NCBI GenBank assembly: GCA_977017575.1
Contig: CDRNVI010000053.1
Coordinates: forward strand, 248,001-312,000
Direction of reading: 5' to 3'
Length of the DNA stretch: 64,000 bases
Source of the DNA: Paramoeba atlantica
Taxonomy: Eukaryota > Protista > Discosea
Below the pieces are notes generated by a model. The model was not told the DNA's origin. It saw nothing but the letters and a program-made list of their open reading frames with translations, and ran no database searches. Both the position numbers and the translations under genes were made by a program. This document shows, in pieces, positions 43,110-52,619 of this stretch. The stretch's first letter is position 1. Each line of letters begins with the position of its first letter.

Positions 43110-43697
43110 ATGTTTCGTTCGACTTTCGCGTTTTCCACAAAAGACGTAAGCTACACTTCTACTCGTTTAGGACGTGTCAGCGCTGCATTACCACAGGAAT
43201 ATAAACTTTTGAAGTTCATCGAAAACGTATCTAACCGACATACATCGTGGAAGGCTGATACCCCGGCTTGCGAGTGGGATGGAGTAACCTGTACTGAAGA
43301 AGGCAAAGTTGTGAAAATTCGTTGGGAAAGTCGCTTCTTAGAAGGTCCACTAGAGTGGAAGCACCTACCGGATACGCTTCTTGAATTACACATGGAATTG
43401 AACAATCATTTTGGGAGTATTGTGTTGGAAGATTTGCCACCCCGTCTCGAGTATCTCAGCCTAGGCAACAATCGCTTCACCGGAGGTGTTAATCTTCAAG
43501 CTATGCCAAAGACAATGAAAAAGCTTTTAATTGGTAATAATGAGCTTTCCGGTTCCGTTAACTTTTGTAATCTGCCAAACAATCTAAGTTTTCTGTATTT
43601 AGCGGATAATGCCGTTCTTTCGGGTACTCTGCCGCACTCAGGTGTCTCTTCAAGGCTTATGATCTATGCGGGTCGCACTCGAATTGGAACACTTTGA
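43110..43697 (+). CDS. Leucine-rich repeat protein
   Basis: Close paralog within the LRR cluster. Confidence 0.9.
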   Translation: MFRSTFAFSTKDVSYTSTRLGRVSAALPQEYKLLKFIENVSNRHTSWKADTPACEWDGVTCTEEGKVVKIRWESRFLEGPLEWKHLPDTLLELHMELNNHFGSIVLEDLPPRLEYLSLGNNRFTGGVNLQAMPKTMKKLLIGNNELSGSVNFCNLPNNLSFLYLADNAVLSGTLPHSGVSSRLMIYAGRTRIGTL

Positions 43698-43939
43698 TAC
43701 AATACTCCTGCAAATTAGTATAAATTAGTACACCGAAGACTGATGATTCAATAGAGCAAGTTCGTTGCATGTTGTGATACAGTGAGCATTTACGTTGTGA
43801 TAACAAAAACGGGAAAAGGGAATTGAAATTCTTTCGGTTTTCATTGAGTCTTTGCGCGGAGAGTTGTAGTTCCACTAGAAAAGCAATCGTGGTGAGATCA
43901 AAGGTACAATTTCGAAGCTGAAAAATTATCTTTAACACT

Positions 43940-44042
43940 AGTAAGGGAGCAAGTGCAAGTGACATGTAAAGTTACCTTACTTTTTCGCGCTAAAAAAATT
44001 CGACATAGAGAAACGCAGAAACCGAATTCAATGTTACTTTAA
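43940..44042 (+). pseudogene. Duplicated, degenerate 3' end of LTV1
   Basis: GTAAAGTTACCTTACTTTTTCGCGCT...AATTCAATGTTACTTTAA aligns to the LTV1 3' end at 42602-42678. Downstream spacer homology continues (ATGAGATAC...CCCAAGGAAT). Confidence 0.75.
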
Positions 44043-44411
44043 AACTGCATGGGTCATGCGTGAAACACAATATCGCATAAAGAATATGAGATACATGTTC
44101 GTCGCGATCCACGATGGGCCTCATTTTCTTTCCCAAGGAATTGCGGCTCTAGAAAATAATATTTCACACGATTTGGCGGTTAAATCACCTATCTCTACAG
44201 TAAGTTCTCTACCGTACAGTGTACATGAGTTTTGTCAGTCAGTAATGATGAGCGAACACTACATATTGAATTAATAAAACTATTAAACTTTAATAATGTT
44301 ATTTTTCAGTAATGATACAGTGTACTATTCAGGAGGAGTAACTTTGAATTTTCATCCTTTCCTTTCAACACTGTGTCTTATATTGAGATATCCGAATAAC
44401 CACATTTTAGC

Positions 44412-45029
44412 ATGTTAAATTTAGTGTTCCGTTCTACGTTGGAATTTCCTACAAAAGACGTAAGCTACACTTCTACTCGTTTAGGACGCGTGCGTGCTGC
44501 ATTACCACAGGAATATAAACTTTTGAAGTTCATCGAAAACGTATCTAACCGACATACATCGTGGAAGGCTGATACCCCGGCTTGCGAGTGGGATGGAGTA
44601 ACCTGTAATGAAGAAGGCAAAGTTGTGAAAATTCGTTGGCAAAATCGCCTTCTAGAAGGCTCACTTGAATGGAAGAACCTACCCGATACACTTCTTGAAT
44701 TGAGCATGCATTCAAACAATCTCTTTGGTAGTATTGTGTTAGAAGATTTACCACCCCACCTCGAGTACCTCAGTCTAGGCACCAATCACTTCACCGGAGG
44801 TGTTACTCTTCAAGCTATGCCAAAGACAATGAAGAAACTTCTAATCGGTAACAATGAGCTTTCCGGTTCCATTCGCTTTGGTGATTTGCCGGATAATTTA
44901 TGCTTTTTGTATCTAGCGGATAATGCCGATCTTTCGGGCACTCTGATGCCTTCAGAATTGTCTCCAACACTTGAGGCTTCAGTTTATACTGACCGTACCA
45001 AAATAATAACAATGCTTAGTACAATGTGA
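44412..45029 (+). CDS. Leucine-rich repeat protein
   Basis: Close paralog. Its 5' part is nearly identical to the LRR gene at 43110. Confidence 0.9.
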   Translation: MLNLVFRSTLEFPTKDVSYTSTRLGRVRAALPQEYKLLKFIENVSNRHTSWKADTPACEWDGVTCNEEGKVVKIRWQNRLLEGSLEWKNLPDTLLELSMHSNNLFGSIVLEDLPPHLEYLSLGTNHFTGGVTLQAMPKTMKKLLIGNNELSGSIRFGDLPDNLCFLYLADNADLSGTLMPSELSPTLEASVYTDRTKIITMLSTM

Positions 45030-45405
45030 ATGGCACAAACAATTGTGATAAGCTTCGATTAAAACTTTCTGATTACTCATTTGAGCTGTTTATGTTTGAA
45101 CTGCACTGGGTAGAATGGCCGATTTTTCAACCCATAGCGCTATGGATTCTTTGTTTATACAAAGTATTATACCGTCGTAAATTTATGGAAAACTGTGTGC
45201 GAGTATGAAGAATTGAGAACAGAAGTATCGTAAGGCTGGACTTTGAAATAAAGTCTTCGTTACTGGTTTTTCATTTCCCTTGCATTTTTTCATAACCATG
45301 CTACAAGGGTGCAGTAATGTTTACATGCTGAAAATCATATTTTGATGAACCACATGATTGCTTCGATGATATATCAAGTATTGTGGCATTGGTGAAAATG
45401 CGTCG

Positions 45406-46701
45406 ATGTTCCATCGCTACTTTGCTTTGTTTGCTGTCCTCTGGTCAATAGCGTCGTTCATTCACGTAACACATTCGCGATCTGTCTGTATCACAGAAAA
45501 AAGGAGCACCGTAGGTGCATATTTCTCTGTTTGCGAAAGCGGTTCCATTATTCGATCACTTTCAAGAGAGTCCAAGACTTTGTGCGTTACTGTCATCCGA
45601 AATCTACCTTTATCCACTTTTAACATAACCTTACCTTTTTTAAACGTTCATGGTCAGAAGTCTCTACTGTACATCTGCTATACTCGTTCCGGCGGCGCAC
45701 ACTTTCCGTCGAACATTGAAATAAGTGCCTTTCCATTCGGATATGACCGAAATCACAAATTGCTCATCGAGAAGCAAACTTTTGAATCCAATGCTGGCGG
45801 ACTAGAAGAAAAGACGCTGTATATTCCAACACGAGCCTTGAAGCATGTGTATCGTTCTAAAAGTCGAATTCTTTATTCGGCCTTTACCATTTTTCGCTGT
45901 AAATCAAAGTGCCGCAATGTTTTGGTTGGTAATTCTTCAAGGGACTTCAGAATGCAACGAAATGCACATACCTCTATGCCATACATGTATATGAAAAAAG
46001 TGCATCGGAATAATTGCTGGATAGCACGGACATCTCGAATACGCGCACCACGTGAAGTGCTTCTGCACTCTTCAGCCAAGTTTCGAGAGGAGTTTCTGAA
46101 TCGGAGAACCAAGGCGTTTGCAATAGAGACACGTGAAAAGTCAGCACCGGGTGCTATGACATCAACGCAGTCATATTTAAGCGATAGATTGCGTCTGCCC
46201 CAGAAGTCCAGTTACTATCCTACAAATCGCCCGATGTCAAAAAAGGAAAGCTTGATGATTTGCACTTATCCTATTTATCGAGCACAATTGTTGCGTGTCG
46301 CTAGAGGTAAACCTGTGAGGTCCAGTAAACTTTTTCTGAATGCACGCATCTCACCCTGCAAACTAGAAGTATTACAGAAATTGAAGAGTTTCACGCAATG
46401 TCATCGTCATGCATCATCGGAAGACTCTACATTGAGAACTCATAACCGTTCGACACGCTATGCTACGATATACCCTTGCACTTTTTTTCAGGGAAACAGA
46501 GAAAAGTTTGTTTCAAAACACGCACAGGACCCGCATTTTCAAAGTGGCGTTAAATCTAAGTCTTATCCTGATGGGAGATGTCCACATATCATATTTACAC
46601 TTCTCAGTTTGTTATTACTTCTAATTTTAATATCTTCGGTGAAATATGAACCATGCCCAAGAGAGCTCGACGGGCTCATTATTCTGCGATCCAAGTTATG
46701 A
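45406..46701 (+). CDS. Hypothetical type-I membrane or secreted protein
   Basis: Hydrophobic N-terminus and a C-terminal TM (IIFTLLSLLLLLILISSV). No domain recognised. Confidence 0.45.
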   Translation: MFHRYFALFAVLWSIASFIHVTHSRSVCITEKRSTVGAYFSVCESGSIIRSLSRESKTLCVTVIRNLPLSTFNITLPFLNVHGQKSLLYICYTRSGGAHFPSNIEISAFPFGYDRNHKLLIEKQTFESNAGGLEEKTLYIPTRALKHVYRSKSRILYSAFTIFRCKSKCRNVLVGNSSRDFRMQRNAHTSMPYMYMKKVHRNNCWIARTSRIRAPREVLLHSSAKFREEFLNRRTKAFAIETREKSAPGAMTSTQSYLSDRLRLPQKSSYYPTNRPMSKKESLMICTYPIYRAQLLRVARGKPVRSSKLFLNARISPCKLEVLQKLKSFTQCHRHASSEDSTLRTHNRSTRYATIYPCTFFQGNREKFVSKHAQDPHFQSGVKSKSYPDGRCPHIIFTLLSLLLLLILISSVKYEPCPRELDGLIILRSKL

Positions 46702-47321
46702 ATGTTGTATGACTGCTGTTCGACAGAGCCACTTAAATTATTTTTACGTATTAAATATCAAAAACCTCTTTTATATCGCGATATTTTTATTTTTAATTTC
46801 TGTGTGCTATAGTGATTACTACTACCTTGCCTACATTACCTGCTCGCATTTAATTTCTTGCTATTTGCATCCGTATTGCCTCACGTATTTTCACCATCCG
46901 TGTTATCAGTTTTAGACTAGCTTTCTACTATTTTTTCACGGATTTTGCCAGTCCCTTTGAAAGCACGTTTGTCCGGGTTTTGGGCAAAGTTACCCTTCGT
47001 TTTATAAGTTACCCTACGTTGTATAAGTTACCATAAATTGTATATGTTAAATTTTGAATTTACGCCCTTTATGTGACATTGATGGAAAATGCAATTTCAG
47101 TGATATGATATCGAAATTGGTAATGTAAACTATTCTTTGCTTGACTTTTATAAGCACGTTCGACAGGGTATAAAATTGTCAGTTTTTGTCGAAAACACTT
47201 TAGAAAATGGGGGCCACACTTACGTTCCGCTCGTATATTCGAAACCAGACCCAAATACTTATAGCCAAGCCCTCAATATACCTTCCCAGAGCTTTTTCTT
47301 TCGGAGAACTACATTTCAGTA

Positions 47322-47429
47322 TAAGGGTTGACCCCCTCAAAGTGGGCTAAAACAGGCAAAAATGATGATTTTTGCCCCGAAACGCCCATTTTTGGGCAAA
47401 AAATGCCATTTTCAGGGGGGTACCCCTTA
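47322..47429. mobile_element. Possible mini-MITE (108 bp), TA-flanked
   Basis: TAAGGGTTGACCCCCT versus the reverse complement of AGGGGGGTACCCCTTA (13/16 identical). TA lies at 47320-21 and 47430-31. Confidence 0.45.
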
Positions 47430-47829
47430 TACATTAAATCCTCGTTTGTGAAAAAAGTGGTACAGGAAGAGTCTTTGAGGCCTAGTCTCGCTCGTACATG
47501 GGACTTTGAGTCAAATAAGAACTTGGCTTAAAAAGCGTGCAACTTACGAAAAGTGTTTTTTCCAGGCACTTTCAGGGGGTGTGCAAGCCATGAGAAAGTA
47601 ACCATAAATTGCATAAGTTACCCTAAATTGCATAGGATGAGGCCACAAAACGATGACCTCTATAGCGGGTCACTCCAACACTCATGACACATAAATGCGA
47701 GTGGAACACTGACAATACTGAGCATCACGTCATCTTCCCTCTTCCGCATGACTGTGAATCGTATGCTGTGTGACTGTTCACTTGCCACCACTCGCACATT
47801 GATAATGTTTAGTTAAGGAACCCAATAAA

Positions 47830-48012
47830 TTCACCTTTGCTCCCGGTGAGGCCCCGGAGTTGCGTGAAGGCCTCCATACCCCACAACTACCACCTTCCCC
47901 CCCTATTTAGCGGGAGTCGCGCGAGCGACCCCTGATAAACGGGGGGAAGGTGGTAATTGTTTTGGGGGAAATGAGAGGCCGAACGCACGGAGGGGACGGC
48001 CGGGTCAATGAA
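47830..48012. other. Long imperfect hairpin (~180 nt), candidate structured RNA or foldback DNA
   Basis: Nested pairings TTCA/TGAA, CCCGG/CCGGG, GGCCTC/GAGGCC, TACCACCTTCCCCCC/GGGGGGAAGGTGGTA, and apical GTCGC-GCGA-GCGAC. Confidence 0.6.
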
Positions 48013-48577
48013 CCCAGGCCTTGTTTTTGTGCTACAAATGTGGTATGCATTATTAATGTGCTATATGCATTATCAATGTGCGGGCGCCGTCTAGAGTCAA
48101 GGCCCAACTGTGAGCGTAGCCCACTTCTAGAAGCAAAAGCCCCCGTTTGCGAACAAGGCCCAACTTCGAGCGTAGCCCTGGGACAGAATTATATTTTTCA
48201 GCGCCCCCGCGCGCTGGAGCGCGCGGGGGCGCGCACTGAAAACCTATGTCTGCCCTTTCCGCAGGATTGTGTATTGTTTTACTATGCGGTGTGACCATGC
48301 AATTTTAGGTAACTTATACAATTTGTGGTAACTGATACAATCTATGGTTACTTTCCAAAACCCTATTTTCGCATACAATTTGTGGAAACTTATACAATTT
48401 ATGGTAACTTATACAATTTATGGTAAATTTCCCCCGGGTTTTGACGGATTTTGATGACATAGCGCGGTACGTATACGTGTGCACAAAATTTCTCAAATTT
48501 ATATTATTCCAACGATCCTTCACCTACGACATGAGATTCATATTTCTTTGATTCCTATTTCACATCTTTGCACAACC

Positions 48578-50365
48578 ATGGAAGAACTCAATGAAATCAA
48601 AGAGCTATTCGCCGGGGTGTGTCCCCGTGTCCAGTGGAGCCTTATGGAACCCACAACTCGTATCCCGCCCATGATGGTTCCCCCTATTTCCATTAGTGAG
48701 AAATATGCCACCTACACGCGAAATTCCCTGGATGACGAATATCTCCGCGCCCTGCCGAAACGCGTGTTTAACAAGATTGATGTTACGGCAATGCTGGACA
48801 CGGACAAGATGGAGCAAAACTACACGTATTTCCCGGAGGGACAACATCCACCCCCTTCTCTTCGAGATATTCTTCACCGACATTGGGATGACGCGCCGGT
48901 CCCCGAGGTGTTCTTGTGGGAGCCCATCTACACGGAGCTCAAAGGGGAGGATAATGAGGGACTCGCAGGGGTGGTGACATCGAATGGAAGTCCACGAAAT
49001 GTTTCCTATACCACCTCGACGCGGCCCATAAGTGCCGCGCAGGATTTGACGGGGCTGGAGGATAGGGCGAAGTGGATAGACAGTGGTGAGGAGTGGGTTC
49101 GAGGCGTTAATCGTACGTTTCAGAGAGCAGCCGCAGTGGATAGAGAGTGGCGCTCCTATTTGACGAATATTCGTGAAGACCGGTTGGGTATAACACAGGT
49201 CTCCAGTTGCGCGGGAAATTCTAGTGAAGAAATGGACAATGCAATCGAGAGTCTCGTACACGACCTGAATAACAGCATGACCTCACAAAAGGAAATCAAT
49301 CCTTCGGAAATGAAAAGTGGAGCTGTGGAAAATGTCTCTGGTGAAACCCCATCGGATATCTTACTGGAACCATCTCATCACACAGCTCTACGTCTAGCAC
49401 GGCGTATGAAATCGGAAATTGACCAATTTGGACGTCCATCTGAAGCATTTTCTCGTGATCTAACGCTGTATTACCTTCAGTGCTGTATAGGCCTCCCTAA
49501 GAGTGTACACATTTGGCTGCCCTTCATAAATCCAGACACACTTCCCTTAATTAATGAGAGGAGCCCAAATACAGGCGCAATAACACGGTTTCATGTGCTT
49601 TATAAAACGCTTATGAAGTTGAATGACCTACATTCCGAATGGTATACGAAGCAATGTAATTTAGCACCTCTCGGTGATTTCGTCAATGAAACTCCGTCTG
49701 TAGACTCACAGCCTACGCAGCCTATGTCCCTGACACAGACTCAGACAACATCTACATCCGCTACTACTACCTCCACACCACAGACTTTGAATTCTCAAGC
49801 AACAGATGCAAACATTGTGAGCGCGACCCCCTTCAAAGATTTCCGCTATCTCAGGCATCCCTCTGGGTCGCGATCCATCAAGCCTCTCTCCGTGCTTCCC
49901 ATCCATGTCCTCCCAGAAGGGGAGCACGATGTTGTGCTGCGGGTAGCTAACCCGGAACTCCTCCCCCTGCGTCGTATGCTACAGGGCTCCGCGTTCGCCG
50001 CAATCGAACGGGCTGCGGTTGGAGGTGGCACGTTGTTAGAAATGTTCACTTCCCAAACAGAAGAGTCGGAAGAACCAATTTCAAACGAAGCGGCAGAGTT
50101 CGAGCAAAGTGCTATTTCGGATTCAGTCACAGGCGCGGCGACCCCAGGGATGATAGAGACGCACACCGTACGGTCAATGCGGTTGTTTGAGTCACACACG
50201 GTGGTGAAACCGATGCCGTTACACGAGCGGGTCCGCTACATGGCAATGGCGCCGAGTCCGGAGGGTAAATCCATGCTAGCGTGGAACGTAGGGTCCGCCG
50301 CAGAGGTATCGCATTTTACAAACCAGGAGGCGCGCGATATGGTTCGCACGCTAGTTTTAGAATAG
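48578..50365 (+). CDS. Hypothetical protein with Paf1-like motifs (ORF open from 48479)
   Basis: PP..KYATYTRNSLD resembles Paf1 RFVQYKATSLE, and LRHPSGSRSIKPLSVLPI resembles Paf1 HP....V.PVEVLP. Recognised by eye only. Confidence 0.5.
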   Translation: MEELNEIKELFAGVCPRVQWSLMEPTTRIPPMMVPPISISEKYATYTRNSLDDEYLRALPKRVFNKIDVTAMLDTDKMEQNYTYFPEGQHPPPSLRDILHRHWDDAPVPEVFLWEPIYTELKGEDNEGLAGVVTSNGSPRNVSYTTSTRPISAAQDLTGLEDRAKWIDSGEEWVRGVNRTFQRAAAVDREWRSYLTNIREDRLGITQVSSCAGNSSEEMDNAIESLVHDLNNSMTSQKEINPSEMKSGAVENVSGETPSDILLEPSHHTALRLARRMKSEIDQFGRPSEAFSRDLTLYYLQCCIGLPKSVHIWLPFINPDTLPLINERSPNTGAITRFHVLYKTLMKLNDLHSEWYTKQCNLAPLGDFVNETPSVDSQPTQPMSLTQTQTTSTSATTTSTPQTLNSQATDANIVSATPFKDFRYLRHPSGSRSIKPLSVLPIHVLPEGEHDVVLRVANPELLPLRRMLQGSAFAAIERAAVGGGTLLEMFTSQTEESEEPISNEAAEFEQSAISDSVTGAATPGMIETHTVRSMRLFESHTVVKPMPLHERVRYMAMAPSPEGKSMLAWNVGSAAEVSHFTNQEARDMVRTLVLE

Positions 50366-50595
50366 TGAGAAGGATGGTCACGAAGGCAGCCAACGTTCTC
50401 TGCATGGACTGTATGGAGTTCTCTTGTTACCACAGCTCTTTTCTCCTTGCTGGAAAACTATGCCAAACACCAAAAATACTGTAATATCGTTTGATGTGAG
50501 TATTATTCACTTTAAGTCCCTACTGAGCTTTGAAAACCAGAAACTCTCTTTAAAAAACACAAAACACCCTTTGCGTTATTTCAAATTTTCTTCTC

Positions 50596-51687
50596 ATGTC
50601 AACGGACAAGACCCCCTCCTACCCCTCCCCAACCCCCCCATCTCTCCCCTCCCCCCCGTCCCCTACGCCCCCTCCTCCTCACCCCACCCCCCTCCACGAC
50701 CTCACCGACCCACTCCACCACCTCCCCTCCCTCGATGCCCCCCCTCCCCACCCCCCACGCACCACCACCACGGGATCCCCCGTAATCCCCCCCTCCCCCC
50801 CTCCCCCCCTCCCCCAGCTCCCGTACCTCACCTCCCCCTCCCCCCTCCCCGCCGCCACCACCGGCGGCTCCCTCCTCCCCCTCACCTTCTCCGCCCCCCT
50901 GGACCCCGGCCTCATGCCCTACTGCCTCCGCCTCGGCTCCCCCACCGGGCGCCGCCTCCTCCCCTGCTCCGTGCTCAACCCCTCCACGCTGCTCTTCGTG
51001 GCCCCCGCCCACCCCCTCGGGTGTGTCAGCCTCACCGTGCTCTGCGGCCCCGGCCCCGCGGTCCGGCCCTACCCCGGAGGCCGCAGTCTGTGGCTGGAGT
51101 ACGGTGCCCCGGTCCCGGGGGACCCGGAGCGCCGGAACGAGGCCGTGCTGCGGGAGCTGCAGCAGGTGGTGAGGGTGCTGACGACGCAGAGTGGTGGGGG
51201 TGGGGGTGGGGGTACGACTACGGTGGAGACAAGAGAGCCGCCCTCGAGGTTAACCTGTCATGAGGTGAATTTCATCAACTCTTTGACGTATATTGACCGT
51301 CCCGCGGCGTCGGTTTCGCAGATCTCGGAGATGGGGGAGAGTAAGGGGGAGGAGTGCGGTGGGGATGATCTGGCGAGTCTGGAGGAGGAGATGGGGGAAG
51401 GGGGGGAGGTTAGTCGGGAGCCGTGGGCTCGAGGAAGCTCACCGGTTTCGTCGGGGAGAACGCCGAATGGGGGTTCTGCGCCGTTGTCGTTGACAAAGGA
51501 AATGTTAGAGCAGCTCACTAAAGCGCAGAATATTTTCTTGCAACCACTGATGCGGACACCGTACATGAGTACACAAACACATGACGTTCCTTCGGGGGAT
51601 GTGGACGACAATTCCAGTCGGTACACGTACACCAATAGCGTGGTGCCTCCGAGTTCGCCGCGTGACATACTTTCTTCAACAATGTAA
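50596..51687 (+). CDS. IPT/TIG-domain-like protein with Pro-rich N-terminus
   Basis: LPCSVLNPSTLLFVAPAHPLGCVSLTV..EY resembles CAMTA/Spt23 TIG domains. Confidence 0.5.
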   Translation: MSTDKTPSYPSPTPPSLPSPPSPTPPPPHPTPLHDLTDPLHHLPSLDAPPPHPPRTTTTGSPVIPPSPPPPLPQLPYLTSPSPLPAATTGGSLLPLTFSAPLDPGLMPYCLRLGSPTGRRLLPCSVLNPSTLLFVAPAHPLGCVSLTVLCGPGPAVRPYPGGRSLWLEYGAPVPGDPERRNEAVLRELQQVVRVLTTQSGGGGGGGTTTVETREPPSRLTCHEVNFINSLTYIDRPAASVSQISEMGESKGEECGGDDLASLEEEMGEGGEVSREPWARGSSPVSSGRTPNGGSAPLSLTKEMLEQLTKAQNIFLQPLMRTPYMSTQTHDVPSGDVDDNSSRYTYTNSVVPPSSPRDILSSTM

Positions 51688-51961
51688 AAAAGAAAATTGC
51701 TTGCTAGTTTGTTCTGTATATTTTAGGGGAATGTCATTGGGAGTGATTTGTCTTCTAAGAATCCGCAAGCATGCATACTGCTTGCCGATGAATTTAGTAA
51801 AGAGTCGTACACATTTCCATTCTAGAGCCCGAATAACTAAACCGTTAGTTACATAACCGTTACATAAACCGCATTCTTGGAACGTAAGTGTGGCTTTTTT
51901 TGTAAATGTTCTCGTCGTCAATGCGCTTGCCTTATTTCTTTCTGAATGTCGTTCTTTCATC

Positions 51962-52438
51962 ATGAATTTTAGCACTCGTCTCCTTAAAGAGTGTCGCGAG
52001 GCTTCACTCTCCACCGATACGGATATTGTGCTCCGTTGTACCAGCAATGACATGTTACAGTGGGAAGCGAAACTCCGGGGTCCTACGGACACCCCTTATG
52101 CTGGAGGTCAATTTCACCTTGTGCTTCAACTTCCTAAAGACTATCCCATGGCTCCACCCCTTGTCCGGTTTCGCACGCTCATGTTTCACCCAAACATACA
52201 CCCCATCCACGGGGAGGTCTGCTTAGATATTTTGAAATCTGACTGGACCCCTGTGTGGACACTGCGTAGTGTATGTCGGGCAACACAAACATTACTGGCC
52301 CACCCGGATCCGGAGAGTCCGTTGAACTGTGATGCAGGCAACGCACTGCGAGCAGGGGATGAGGTTGCTTTTCATAGTTTAGCAAGGTATTACACGCTCA
52401 CCTACGCTACCGAGAAAGGGCAAAAAGAAGGGAATTGA
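51962..52438 (+). CDS. PEX4: Ubiquitin-conjugating enzyme E2, PEX4/UBC21-like
   Basis: HPNIHP..GEVCLDILK..WTPVWTLRSVCRA..LLAHPDPESPLNCDAGNALRAGD. The PLNCD.GN.LR.GD tail is characteristic of PEX4. Confidence 0.8.
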   Translation: MNFSTRLLKECREASLSTDTDIVLRCTSNDMLQWEAKLRGPTDTPYAGGQFHLVLQLPKDYPMAPPLVRFRTLMFHPNIHPIHGEVCLDILKSDWTPVWTLRSVCRATQTLLAHPDPESPLNCDAGNALRAGDEVAFHSLARYYTLTYATEKGQKEGN

Positions 52439-52619
52439 AATTTCTTGTCCTGCAAAATAATACGCATCTTGTATGCTTTCGGAAAATACTGTATAAGTTT
52501 GCACCCGATTTATCTCCACAGTTAGATGCAATATGGAGGGATTTTGAATACAACCATCGTATTTATCGAACCTTTAACAACTTTGTTTTCGTCATAATAT
52601 TTTAAAACCTGTATATATA

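Larger units (their letters stand above)
46985..48428. repeat. Repeat island: 19-bp arrays (consensus TATAAGTTACCATAAATTG) in opposite orientations around a hairpin-rich core
   Basis: Forward arrays at ~46985-47045 and ~47593-47634. Reverse array (CAATTTATGGTAACTTATA, about 6 units) at ~48299-48428. Confidence 0.85.

Noticed and set aside
44245-44330. C/D box snoRNA (ATGATGA box C)
   Set aside because: No downstream CTGA box D or terminal stem at a suitable distance.
47830-48012. SRP (7SL) RNA, snRNA or SL RNA identity
   Set aside because: I could find no helix-8 CAGG/AGCA motif, Alu UGU motif, Sm site or spliced-leader sequence on either strand.
46985-48428. CRISPR-like array
   Set aside because: The units are directly tandem with no unique spacers, there are no cas genes, and the context is eukaryotic.
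3287-51263. Pro-rich or Gly-rich alternative-frame and antisense ORFs (e.g. 3312-3692, 15613-16086, 41743-42375, 50424-51263, 50599-51012)
   Set aside because: These are shadow ORFs over real genes, kept open because C- or G-rich DNA has few stop codons.
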